Assembly: GCF_000315625.1 (NCBI RefSeq)
Contig: NW_005434601.1
Coordinates: forward strand, 358,011 to 422,010
From: Guillardia theta CCMP2712
Taxonomy: Eukaryota; Protista; Cryptophyta
Direction of reading: 5' to 3'
Length of the DNA: 64,000 bases
Both the position numbers and the translations under genes were made by a program. The notes under the pieces were generated by a model. It ran no database searches. It was not told the origin of the DNA and saw only the letters and a program-made list of their open reading frames with translations. Shown piece after piece: positions 21,631 to 33,504 of this stretch. The first letter of the stretch is position 1, and every line of letters starts with the position of its first letter.

Positions 21631-22982
21631 GAGAGGAAGACAAGCAGGAAGAGGGACAGGGGGAGGCGCAGTACGAGGGGGAAGGGAAGGGAAGGGAGGA
21701 GGAGTGGATGAGAGACGAGGAAAAGGCAGAAGAGAGGAGGGAAGAGGAGGAAAACGAGACTAGGGGTGAGGAGGCTGGAGGGAAAGATAGCCAAGACAAA
21801 GAATGACCAAGTTAACAGTTAAGCATTTCTCTCTCCTTCCCTCCTAGTTCGATTTTTCCTTCTCCTCCCTCTTTGATAATTATCTTGGAGGAAACTCAAA
21901 CGTCCAGGAACATCTTTATTTATTACAGTTGGAAACAACTTTGAATTGAGTGCACTACGCAGCCTGCTCCTCTCCTCTTGACTGTACATCCTCTCGTTTC
22001 CTGTCCTGTCCTGTCCTGTCCTGTCCTGTCCTCTCTTCTCCTCTCCTTTCTTCTCCTCTCCTCTCCTCTCCTCTCCTCTTCTTGTTGATGTTGCGATTCT
22101 TTTTGTTGGGGCTCTGACCCGGGGAATTCGTCGGGAGTGTGGGGGGTTACCATCAACAAAGTGGGTAGGGGTACAATTGATGTTCAGTAAAGTACCAGTA
22201 AAGGTGGGTGATTTTTGGTATAAAGTGAGGGTAGTGTTGCTGTTGGTTGCTTTCACACTGGGTAGGGGTAGTTCATGATTGATTCTTCCTAGGTAGGGTG
22301 TTTTGACAAACCGAAACAATGTAGGGGATGATGAGGGAAGGGGAGGAGGAAGAGGAGGAAGAGGAGGGAGGGGGAGGAGGAAGGAGGAGGGGGAGGAGGA
22401 GAGGGGAAGAGGAGGAGGGAGAAGATGATATCAGAAGTACCAGCAAAGAGAGGGTGAAGACAGTATCAGATTTCCAACTGATTTGCAAAGTTTGGGAAAG
22501 GATATGGATAGGAGTGGGAGAAGTATCAAATGAAAGTTAGGTGTGATAGGCAACCAAGTGAAGGGCTCAACACCAGCAGATGTGCCATGTATGAAACATC
22601 ACAGAGGAGCAGGAGAATGCTTCATGGAATGTCAGAGAAGGAGAAGTCTGCTTTTTGACAGAACGAGCTTGAACAGATTAGATCCAGGAACTCCTCTATT
22701 ACTGCAGAGATAGAGGGACCCAAAAGCTAATACAAGACTGAGAAGAAGCATCTGCAGAAGGGAAGAGAGCCTCTGTGAGATAGACAAAGAGCTGTAGACG
22801 CGTGTCGGCGGCTCACCTGGTGGTCTGAAGTGAACGGCAGCAATGCAAACGGACATGAGCTGGACGATTCAACGTGCCTCGAGCCCTTGAAGCTCCCCAG
22901 TGACCGTCGGAGTTTGTTTGTGTATCGACCAGCTTGCATTCAGATCCTTGTGAGGACGCAATGGCGAAGGAGGAAGAGAGCA

Positions 22983-25900
22983 ATGGGGGCTCGCAACGCA
23001 AGCCTGGAACTTATGTGAGCTGAGGGGAAACGGTGGCTGGTCGTTGCTGATGCAGGGAGCAGGAGCTGCAGAAGCAGAAGAGTATGGCTCTCCTGCAGCA
23101 AGGTGAGCGAGGAGGAAGAGCTGCCGTCTCGTCCGATGACAAGTCGAGGCAGGAGGGAACACTCTTGCCAAGAGGCTGTCGATCGCAGCAGGGGTGAGGT
23201 ACAAGGAGAGCCTTGACATGGACCAGGTCTCGAAGCTCTTCCGCAAATCAAAGGCGCACGAGTTCTGGATCTACATCGTCTTCCTCACCGTCTTCAGCGC
23301 TAGCTCGCTGCAGCAGCGACCCGTGGAGGAGACGTACGACCTCATCCACCAGGTGTACGACGGGACTGTCACTGGCTCCTCCTACATCTCGACTACTTAC
23401 TTCAAGAACATCGGCGGTCAGTGGGTGGGAGCGAGAGGGAGGAGAGCGAGAGCAGGAGGAGGAGCAATGGGAAGGGAGTGGAGAGACGGAGGAGGATGGC
23501 AGAGGGCATGGGGGAGGAGAGGAGGGAGAGGAAAGGGGAGGGCAGGAGGGAGGCCACGGGGGAGAACATGGAGGAGAGGAGGAAGGAGAGGAGGAGTGAC
23601 TCCTGGCAGCGGGCTGACGGGAAGGACGCAGACATCGGATCGATTGATGACTTCTGGGCATGGATGACGGAGGTTCCCCCGCAGTTCCTGTTCCAGTACA
23701 ACTGGTACAACGGGAGCTCGTTCGAGCCGGATTTCCAGGGGGTGAAGTGGCGGGTCCTGCAGAACAACCTGATTGTCCAGCCTCCTCGCCTCCGCCAGAT
23801 TCGCATCGAGCCCAAGAAGTGCGAGGTGCCGAGGAGGATGTCGAGTCAGGAGTACGGGGGAGTGATCAGCCAGGGGAGCTACAACGGGACCAACCTGTAC
23901 ATGACCGACGGCATCTCAACCTGCTATCCCAGGATGCCGAGCGCCACGATCAGTAAGGAGACCATCCAGGGGCTGAAGATTGACAACGGGACCATCTCGG
24001 TGGTTCCCCTCCCGTACAAGAGCGCCAAGGAGCTCAACTCAAAGTCCTTCACGTCGAGAGGGAGCACGACACCGATCACGTACGAGGGGGGAGGATACGT
24101 GCAGGACTTCCCGCTCAACATCTCCAACGACGAGTTCAAGAGCATGTTGGCCGCGCTCAAGGCCATGAGGTGGACAGACAGGCAGACGCGCGCTGTCGTC
24201 TTCGACTGGGTCATTTACAACCAGGAGCTCAACACGTTCCTCTCCGTCCGGCTCGTCTTCGAGTTCCAGCCTCACGGCTTCGTGGTGGGCTACCAGAGCC
24301 TCCGGGCGATGAGGATGGGGTACGTTAGGGCCAACGACGTGTTCCTGCTGATAATGGATGCGGTTGTGTACGGCATCGTCTTCTTCTCCATCTTCAACTC
24401 CTGCTACAAGGTGTATCTGCTCAGCTGGGACTTCTTTGGGTACTTCTGGAATGTGGTCGACCTTATGAACTACCTCTTCTTCCTTGTGTCCCTCTACTAC
24501 AAGGTGATCTTCTTTCTTGAGACGCAGACGTTTGTCTCCACCCCGGTCAGCAGTGCTGTGGAGTATGTCGACTTCGACTACGTCGGCAGCATCTACAACC
24601 TCATCGCCTCCTGGAACGGTTTTAACGCGCTCTTCACCTGGATGAAGATATTCTCCTTCCTCAAGTTCCTCAGCTCTGCTGCCGAGCAGCTCATAGGTGA
24701 ACATGCGTGGAGGAGGAGGAGGAGAAGCAGATGATGATGACGACGACGATGGAGATGAAGAGGAAGAGGAAGAGATAATGATGATAGTGTTGTTGATGTT
24801 GTTGTTGTTGATGATGATGATGATGATGATGATGATTATGCTTCTGGCAGAAACAATCGCTAAGGCAGGGGCAAATCTTTCTATCTTCGCGGGCCTCTTG
24901 TTTGTTGTCCTCTGGGCCTACGCGCAAACGATGTATGTCTCCTTCGGTGCCTACATTTCAGACTACAAGGCCCTGTAAGCTCTTCTATGCTTTCTCTCTT
25001 CCTGCTTCTGCTCCTCCTGCTTCCTGCTCCTGCCCCTTCTCCTCCCCCTTCTTTTTGTCTTTTTCCTCGTCCTCGTCTTCTCCAGCTCACCTCCTCCCAG
25101 CTACAGCGCGTGCGTCAACACGTTCAAGGCTCTGCTGGGAGGGTTCGACATCGACCAGCTGAACGCCAGCAACGCGTACCTGGGCCCGCTGATCTACATC
25201 ACCTTCCTCTTCGTTGCCTTCTTTGTGATGCTCAACATGTTCCTTGCCATCATCGCCAAGACCTACGATGACGTCAGCAACCAAGAGACCGTCGACCCCA
25301 TGGCCTTCGAGTTCCGCGAGGGCATCCTCTTCTCCCTCCGCGTTCCCCTCCGCCTCCTCGGCTTTTCCTCCATCCTCGACCGTCACTTCCGCAAGGACAA
25401 GGACCAGGTCTCGGGCTTCTCCTCCCTCAAGCAGGACGACGACAGGCAGTCTTCCGTCATCGCCTCCTCCCTCATCGCAGGAGGCAAGACCAAGAGCCAG
25501 GGCTCCCTCTCCAGCGATCCTCCAGCTCAGAAGCTCAACGGCAAGTCGCCCTCTGAGGTCATCTTCAAGGACGTCAGCAAGGACGAGAACCCGCCGCTCC
25601 AGTCCCTCGGCAGCAACCGAAGAGCAAGTAGCCAGTCGCACATCCTCCACTTTCTTCCCCCCTCCTCCCTCCCCCCTCCCCCGTCCTGCCTCCTGCCTCC
25701 TGCCTCCTGCCTCCTGCCTCCTGCCTCCTGCCTCCTGCCTCCTGCCTCCTGCCTCCTCCCCCCTTCCTTCTCCTTCCTCCCTCTCCCCTCCCCCCTCCTT
25801 CCCTTCTCCCTCCTCCCTCTCCTGCTGCCACCCTTTTTCCTCGTCATTCTCTCCCTTCTCACAGTGCTGTCAGACTACAACAACGACGGAGCCTCTGCAG

Positions 25901-27097
25901 CTGTGGATTCCAAGGGCAGGCAGGCGACAAAAGTCACCATGTTGGTGCCCGACGAGGTTCTGCTGGGACTCCTTTCGTCTGTGAGGGACTTGAGGTACTT
26001 CACTTGATCCTCCTGCTGTCCCCTCCCTCCTCTCCCTCCCTCCTCTTCCCTCCCTTCCTTCTCTCTATCCATCCCTTCTCTTTCTCCCCTGCCCTCCCCT
26101 CCCCTCTCTTCTCCTCTTCTGTCCTGTCCTGTCCTGTCCTGTCCTCCTCTCCCCTCAACTCCTCTCCTCCTGGTCTCTCTCCCTCGTCCCTCCTTCGCTT
26201 TCTCTCACCTTCCTCAGCAACAACGTGAGGGAGCTCGGCGGTCGCTTGGACGACCTCAGCAAGTTCGGAGCAGAGGCCGTGAGTCTCGTCTACTCACCCT
26301 CGGCAGGGCTGATCGCTACAGCAGGCAAGGCAGCTGGAGAATGAGCTGGAGGAGACTAGGAGGGGACATGCTTTGAGGGAGGAGGAGGAGGAGGAGGAGC
26401 CGAGAGAAAGAGCCCCGAGAAACTACCACAGTCATTCTCTTCCTCTTGCTCACAGAGAGCCGTACCATCCCCTCCAGCAGAGCCCCATCAGAGCTGAGAT
26501 GTCCTGGAATCCTCCAGGTGCTGTGATCCCTTCCCGCCTTGCTTCCTCTCTCTTCTCCCCTCTTTTCCTCTCCTCTCCTCTCCTCTCCTCTCCTCTCCTC
26601 CCCCGCCTGCTGAGCTGTTCACGGCTGCCGTCAGATCACTTCAGGACTTCCAAGTGGCCCGAAGACGATCGCAGGTCTCGCTTCCTCCTCTCTCCTCGCG
26701 CCTCCTCAACCTGCCCAGGAGCCTCCGCAGCCCCATGGTCGACTGGTCCGGCATGTCGCCAACCTCGAGGATGCTGGCAGCCACGGCCGACATGATCTCA
26801 GCGGTGGCGGTTCAGAGGTGAGGAGCAGCTGGGCAGGGAGAGTCTCTGCACCTTCAGATCCCCCTGACTCATCGAAGGGACACCAGTCTGCGGGGCGACG
26901 CGAGGATGGCAACCCCAGACCTCGGGACCCGCAGCTACACGAGGAGGAAGCCGGCGAAGGGAGGATGGGAGAACTCGCCGGTGGAGCAGGTGGAGATCGA
27001 ACAAGGAGGTAGTGAAGTGACTGCTGAGCAGGAGGGAGTCAAGAAGCTCCGGTTTCATGCCGCACACGAGGAGGAGGAGGAGGTAGCCGTAATGTGA
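22983..27097 (+). CDS. Polycystin-2 (PKD2/TRPP)-like cation channel, multi-exon
   Basis: EFWIYIVFLTVF, SIDDFWAWM, NNLIVQPPRLRQIRIEPKKC, YEGGGYVQDF, RWTDRQTRAVVFDW, FWNVVDL, WMKIFSFL, LGPLIYITFLFVAFFVMLNMFLAIIAKTY. Start may lie further 5'. Confidence 0.9.
25685..25756. repeat. (CCTGCCT)n heptamer repeat in a PKD2 intron
   Basis: About 10 units, directly visible. Confidence 0.85.
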
Positions 27098-27247
27098 TGA
27101 CGTGTTGATATCTGATGCGATCTCAGGACGACTCGACCCCGAGGCTTCCGGCATATGTAAAGTAGGAGAGGAGGAGGGAGAGGAGGAGGGAGGCGAGGAG
27201 GGAGCAGACGATGTTTCACTCACTTCATTCTCCTCTCATCATCCCCA

Positions 27248-28131
27248 TCACCTCACGAGCTCGATCACGCTATCCACACTCTCTACAATCACATCCGCGT
27301 TCCCCCTCAGATCCTCCTCCGTCCCCACGCCGGACAGCACCCCGATGCTTCCTGCCACCCCCGCTGTCTTGCCATCCGCAGATCAGCGTTGGTGTCTCCT
27401 ACGATGATCGTCTCCTCCGGCCTCACACCGAGTTTCTTGCAGAAGTTCCACGCGTTGTCCGGCGCTGGCTTGGGCACGTTGAACGAGTCATCCCCGCAGA
27501 TGGAATGATGCACCATGCTAGAAATCCCCAGGCTCCGCAGGTTCAGCTCCGTCGGCCTCCTCGCGTCCGACGTGCACACCCCAGTCATGATGCCCATCCT
27601 GTGCAGCGTTTGGAACAAGGTCTTGGTGCACCTGCTGATGGGGGACACCTCTCCCTCCTCGCACTCAGCCCAGCACTCCCTCACCGCCTCCCTTGCGTCT
27701 CCTTCCTTCATCCCTCCTTGCTCTGTCAGACAAGCTTCCACCGCCTTTCTGATCAAGGGCTGCGCCGCCCACGCCATGAGCGACTTCTCTCCGCGTACCT
27801 TCCTCAACTCCATGTCGTACCCAAGGGTGTCTGCGAGAGGAGTTCGCAGCTGCTCTCCGCACTTGCTCACGAAACGAGAGATCAGATCGTCTGCCCACTT
27901 GCTCCAAGTTGCGTCGAAGGAGATGAGGGTCCCATCCTTGTCAAAGATGACGAGCTTCACTTTCTGTGTCTGAGAGGGAGCAACCATGGTTTCAACCATC
28001 GGGCTCATCGCGCTGTAGGAGGCTCGGCTGATCGAGCTTGCATTCTGCAGCAGAGGAGGTCTGAGGGAAGGGACGACAAGTCCCTTTGAGTGAGCGATAG
28101 CTCCTGTAGCGATGCTCTTGATGAGAGACAT
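27248..28131 (-). CDS. HAD-superfamily hydrolase (phosphoglycolate phosphatase-like) with mitochondrial-type presequence; apparent 1-bp frameshift near 27372
   Basis: LVIFDKDGTL (motif I), GVCTSD (II), PKPAPD (III), IIVGDTNADL (IV). The conserved tail GKTAGVAGSIGVLSGVGTEEDLRGNADVIVESV lies in a shifted frame. Confidence 0.85.
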
Positions 28132-29677
28132 GTTTCAAGCTTCGAAGCGCGGGTTTCGTTTGATGACAAAAAGGTTCCTACAAGTCTTCCTCGTTGACGC
28201 CTCGTCTTCCAAGTGTAAGAGTTCTGTTCGTCTGCCTGTCTTCCTCCTCTCTGTGTGTCTTGACCCGTGTCTCTGAACTTGTTCTGCTCGTCGTGCTCTC
28301 CCCTGAGACTCTCTCGCTCTTCTACAACTTGGGTTTGCACTTTCGGAGAGACAAACAGGCGTACCCACTGTACCCTTTCTCATCACCCACCCCAATGGTC
28401 ATGGACCACCAATTGCTAAAAATCACCCCTACTCTTTACTATTTACACCCACCACTTCCTCGGACCATAAAACCTTCTTCTAAATAGAACCCTACATTAG
28501 ATCACCCTACCCCCTCAAAAGGGCCAGGTACCAGCTACGCCTTCATACCCCACCCAATCACTGCAATTGCACCCCAAACCACACCATTCTGGTACCCTAC
28601 CCTTCAGTTCATCACCCCCCTTCCTCCATACCTACCATACTATTTTTCAGAATTTTGTACTAAACGTACCCCTATGAAAGTACCCTACCTCTACTATTTC
28701 TAAGTACTCACACTCAAGTACCCCTGTCTCCCCCTGGCCCCCCATTTAGCCGCCCACCAATCATGATTTATACACCCCCACCCCATTGTACAAAACAAAG
28801 TACCCTTACCATATTTTTTTTGTTTAGAAAGGGGGGTATTGAGGATACCCCCACCCATCCCATCAGATGAGTGAGAAACCACCCCCTTAGAAACCAGTTT
28901 TATACCTTTATGAGGCTCTCTCACCACCCGTCCTCCTGTTCTTCGTGTGTGACTACGCCTCACACCGGGTGACCGTCGGGCCCGATCACTCAGTACGGGA
29001 GTGACTAACTTACAGTTAGTAAGTTCCGACAGCGGCGGTGGCAATCGGCACACTGAGTGACCGTAGCCGCACAGCCAGTGACAGTTGACCGTCCGACCGT
29101 CTTACGCCGTACCGGCGGTGACTCGGACGGTGCAGGCCGGGCTCCGAAGAGGCGGCCGCACTGCACACTGACGCGGCCCGGCGAGCGCCCGCGGCCGCGC
29201 CGCGGCTCTCGACTCGGTCCGGGGCCGACGCCGGACACAGGCTGTGACCCGACGGTCCGAGCGAGTCCGAGATCGTACGCCGGGGGGTGCCGCAGTGACT
29301 GCCGGGTGCGGCAGTGATCGGACCGTGACCGACCCGGTCACGGTGACGGTGAGTCACTGTGCCACAGCCTGACCGTCGGACTCACAGCCTAGTCCGAGGA
29401 GGCTGACGGTGAGGGCCGCCCGGCGGCCGGCGGGCCGCTCGGAGTTACTTTGGCATGGTCACCAAGTCTCCTGCAGGCGGGCTGACTCAGTGAGTAACTC
29501 AAACTTGTACTCCGTCGGTTATGAGCCGCAGGCCGCTTCACCGGCCCCGCGGCTGTCACTAACGCCGTACGGTCGGAGGCCGGGCCGGGCCCGGGCGCCG
29601 GGCCCGGGCCAGCCTGTTTCGGTTGGATTTTGTAACGGTCAGGCGCGAATCGTCGCCTGCCCCTTGGCGCGTCCGCC

Positions 29678-30897
29678 ATGTCCTCCTTTTCCTCACGCGC
29701 CGTCAACACAGCCGGCGCAGCAGGCGCTCTCGTCGTCCTTCTCGCTCTGGCAGCATGGCAGGGATCCTCCTCCTCCTCCTCTGCGGCTTCGAAGGTTGGT
29801 TTCCTCTGATACTCTGGACCCAGCATGTTGAGGGCTGTGCTATGCTGTTCATTGCGGACTGTATGGAATGAGTCATGAAATAAGGAGACTAGAGTGTTGT
29901 ACCGTCCTCTCTCTGTCTGTGATGACCTGATGATGCTGATATGTCATGGTCTCTGATCCTTGACGTCCGTCGGTCATCTTTGTTCTGAGACTTGCTGGCA
30001 GTTGGCCGCTAACAGGCAGCAGACCACCGAGCTCTCGTTCCTGCAAACCTCTGGTGGGTGGCAGCAAGGAGAAGAGGGCGCTACCTTGCTGCATGACTAA
30101 CACTGCGACAGCTTTCGTGGACCAGATTTACATGTACGCCGGACTTGCCGTGGACAACAAGCACGAGACCGGATTTATCGCCAAGGAGATCAGAAAGCAC
30201 AATTATCAGACTGTGAGCTCACAGCGACTTCTTGCCTCTTGTCCTCAAGTTGTCACAGATGGTTCGCCTCTTCACTTCCCTGGATGATGCCACCTTCCGG
30301 GCTGTCTTGTGGGATCAGGCTGTTCACTGCCTGGTGAGCCTTGACCCTCCTCCGCCTCGCCTTCCACCTTCTTGTTGACTCCGGGTAATGTTAACCTGAT
30401 CCGGCAGGTTTGGCCGCCTTTTGTTCGCTACCCTGGTATCAGTGAGACCGCCAAGACTGATCTCCGTGCTTACACTGCTGCTGGAAACAACGTAAGCACG
30501 CACATGGTGACCTCGCCCTCTGGTCCTCACAGAGTCGTGCTTGCAGGTGGTCTTCTTGGGCAACTACGTTGCTGTGCAGTTCATGAACGATGTCTATGGA
30601 TTCCAGTTGACCGATGACTATCAGAACGGTCCTTACTACCGTAACGACCGCAACGTCCGCAACACTCCCTTCCAGTACCTCCCGTCTCGCGTGGAGCAGG
30701 CTTCAATAGAGACTTATGCTGTCAAGTCAAGATCTCTCCCTCCTGGCGGCAAGTCCATGCTCGACACTCTGGGGGCTACTGTTGCGTTCGTCATCCGCTA
30801 TGACTTGGGTACCGTCTGTTACATTGGATACAACTACAACACTCCGTTCCATGCAGACCAATGGACCAGAGTTCTCCACTGTGCCATTGACATGTAA
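29678..30897 (+). CDS. Protein X (copy B), paralog of 13376-15149, with N-terminal signal/anchor; putative GATase/ThuA-like fold
   Basis: MSSFSSRAVNTAGAAGALVVLLALAAWQGSSSSSSAASK|QTTELSFLQTS|AFVDQIYMYAG...NYQT|MVRLF...WDQAVHCL|VWPPF...KTDLRAYTAAGNN|VVFLG...GPYYRNDRNVRNTPF...SLPPGGKS...IRYDLGTVCYIG...QWTRVLHCAIDM*. Introns are canonical. Confidence 0.8.
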
Positions 30898-31417
30898 TAA
30901 AGTGAGTTTGGGGAGACTAAGAGAAACATCAGTCAGCAAGCTCTTCACACCCTTTGCAAGCGTAATGTTTGCCATGATGTTCAATTTTGTCATGCCTTCC
31001 AACAAAGCGACGAAAATGACTATCTCCACAAAATATTTGTCTACAAGTTCCTTCTTTATTGTTTGTGTACAAACAGCTTTTTGTATTTCAATATTGCAAT
31101 GTCCAGCTCAAGAAACAGTAGTCATGTCACTTTCCAATCCTCGCCCGCGATTTTTTATGGATATCTCTCAGAGTGGAGCATGAACTCAACCCTGCACTTA
31201 AATCGGAAAGTGGAAAGTGCGTGAATTACTTCGTGCAGTTGTATTCACCTCAGTGTAGAGAGAAGCAGACTATGTTGTTGATGTCCAGTACCTCGAGATA
31301 GGACGCGACTAAAAGACAGGTCGGATGCGGACGTGCAAGAGTGGGATCAATTGTCGAATACTTCTCAGTCATTTCATTAAGCCAACATAGCTTCTTGCTC
31401 GATCCTCTAGAACTAAT

Positions 31418-32368
31418 TTAGTTGCCCGGGCAGTCAAAGGCTGTACAAAGCAGGTCAGGTAAAGCTCACAACCAACATCAACAAGCTCTTACTCTGCTGG
31501 TGGGGATCCTGGAGGGTGAAGGTGGCAGCGGAGCCATCCTGCCAGGACTGGGGGCACAAGTTGTCGTAGAAGCCAGGTCCAGTAGCCATGGGCTGAGTGT
31601 AGAAGTAGGCAGGGAAGGAGCAATCCTGATGCAAATTGTCAGGCAGTGATACTTGTGAAATTTTGTTTTCAGGAACATGCACCAACACCGTTACTCACAA
31701 CCAGATGACAAAGTGTAAGTATTTGACCTTACTCTCAGAGATTATCAATTGGATACAGACAAAAAAATCGGAACTACGAGTTGTTTGAATCTATTTCGCA
31801 GTCAACAGAAACAAACTACCCTGCAAGAAAGGAGTCGAACACCTCGTGTTCAGACAATTCTGATGCCTCAAGGGAATACAGAACCAAGAAGTATTGCAAA
31901 CAGGGGATCAAGAACATGGGGATCAAGAAAATTGTCTCAGAGACAATGGATATGGTCATCAATTTAGAACAACTGAATATTGTAGAGTGGCAAAAAGGTC
32001 AAACATTGAGAGAACTTTCATAACAAACTAGTTCGATAACGCCTTTTCACAACGACCATGGTTGCGACGAAGAGATATCACAACAATAAGAGAAGTACAA
32101 AAGAAGTAATATGGTCATACGAAGTTAATACGGGAAGAAATACAACAGTGAGAGGGAAGCATCCGCACAGAGGGGGCCAGGTGTAAGACAAGCGCGAATC
32201 GACCAGATAAGAAATCAGAAGCCAACGTTGGAGTGGAGGGAAGAAGAGGGCACAAACGCTAGAGAATGAAGGGGACAATGATGAGGAGAGATTCTGCATA
32301 GCAGGAGAGGCCGGAAGGCCACGGAAACGGGCGGCATGAGCGATACTCACAAGCTTGGAGAAGAGCAT
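31418..32368 (-). CDS. 57-aa micropeptide, copy B (exons 32368-32351, 31625-31493, 31440-31418)
   Basis: MLFSKL|DCSFPAYFYTQPMATGPGFYDNLCPQSWQDGSAATFTLQDPHQQ|TFDCPGN*. Exon structure is identical to copy A. Confidence 0.8.
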
Positions 32369-32762
32369 TGCGGCAACGATGACCCTTGGTGAGACCGAGA
32401 GAGAGATAAAGTAGGGTACAGGGGTGGTTGTCTGGTCAAACTGGGGGGTGGGAATGGAAAAGGGAGGGGGTCCAGATTTTTTCTTTCCGAAGAGCCGTCT
32501 GTCGGTGAGGTAGGGTCATGGTGTCTGAGGGTAGGGTGATAAAAGATAAAATGAGGGGTACTCAGCTTATGAAATCCACCACCCCTCCCGTCAAACGACC
32601 CCTGACCCTTCAGCAGAATCGGAGCCCGCATCCCCGATCACATGAACTTTGAACCTGAACTTTACATAGAACTATTGCCGGGCTATTTACTCGACGCCTT
32701 CCTGAACTTTTGGACAGTCGCATTATGAACTTCTCAAGGGCCAGGCAACGGCAGCGACCGAC

Positions 32763-33230
32763 ATGGCGGCGGCTCCCTGGAGGTCCTCCTACCACATGCC
32801 CAACGGGCCCATCGCCATGTCCATGGACGCGCATGATCCCTGGGCCAACCTTGTGAGGGGCAACCGCCGGCTCTCGTGCGATGTCAGGGTCTCTGCCCTC
32901 GGCCATGCTCGCAACCTCAGGCTTATTGAGGCAAAGAAGAAGACGAGTCGAGTTCCAAAGGAGTCGCGCGCACAGAACTTTGAGTTCAACAGGGGGCCTG
33001 TGCTGGACATGTTGCCCTCAGGGAGCTCTGCCAATGCTCCTCCTTTCCTCCTGGGGGGAAGGTTGGGCGGGTCAGGAACCCCCGGGGCCTCTACAAAGGG
33101 CATAAAATCGACAGCAGGGTGGAGCAGCGCATGCGCACCGGACGAAGTGGCACCCAAGGTGATCGAGAGGCTGAGGGTTAAGTCGAGCATGCCGTCCTCA
33201 GCTGTTGGCGGTGCGTTCGAGAGAGTATGA
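32763..33230 (+). CDS. Hypothetical 155-aa single-exon protein
   Basis: Clean ATG-to-stop ORF with coding-like composition, downstream of a GAACTT-rich intergenic stretch. No recognisable motif. Confidence 0.45.
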   Translation: MAAAPWRSSYHMPNGPIAMSMDAHDPWANLVRGNRRLSCDVRVSALGHARNLRLIEAKKKTSRVPKESRAQNFEFNRGPVLDMLPSGSSANAPPFLLGGRLGGSGTPGASTKGIKSTAGWSSACAPDEVAPKVIERLRVKSSMPSSAVGGAFERV

Positions 33231-33504
33231 GGTCGTGCTGGCAAGTTGGCCACTCGCGCGCCCGTGTAAAGTAGTTGTGATGTACATGATGTATTGCGGA
33301 ATAAAGGCTCCAAATGAATGGCGTAAGGTTTGTGGAATATTGGTTAATGAATCTCTTGTGCAAGTAGAATGATTCACGTCACCTGTGACAACACTGCGTG
33401 ACATCGAAAGAGACGATTTCATGACATTTTTGTTTCTGAGCGATTTAATTTCAAACAGAGCAAAAGTATCCATACAAATACTTCTGAGGAGAAGGAGATA
33501 CTGC

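Noticed and set aside
13052-31625. Inverted ~205-bp repeat as terminal inverted repeats of an 18-kb transposon
   Set aside because: The differences are synonymous in a spliced reading frame, the interior holds housekeeping genes, and no transposase or target-site duplication was seen. Better explained as paralogous genes.
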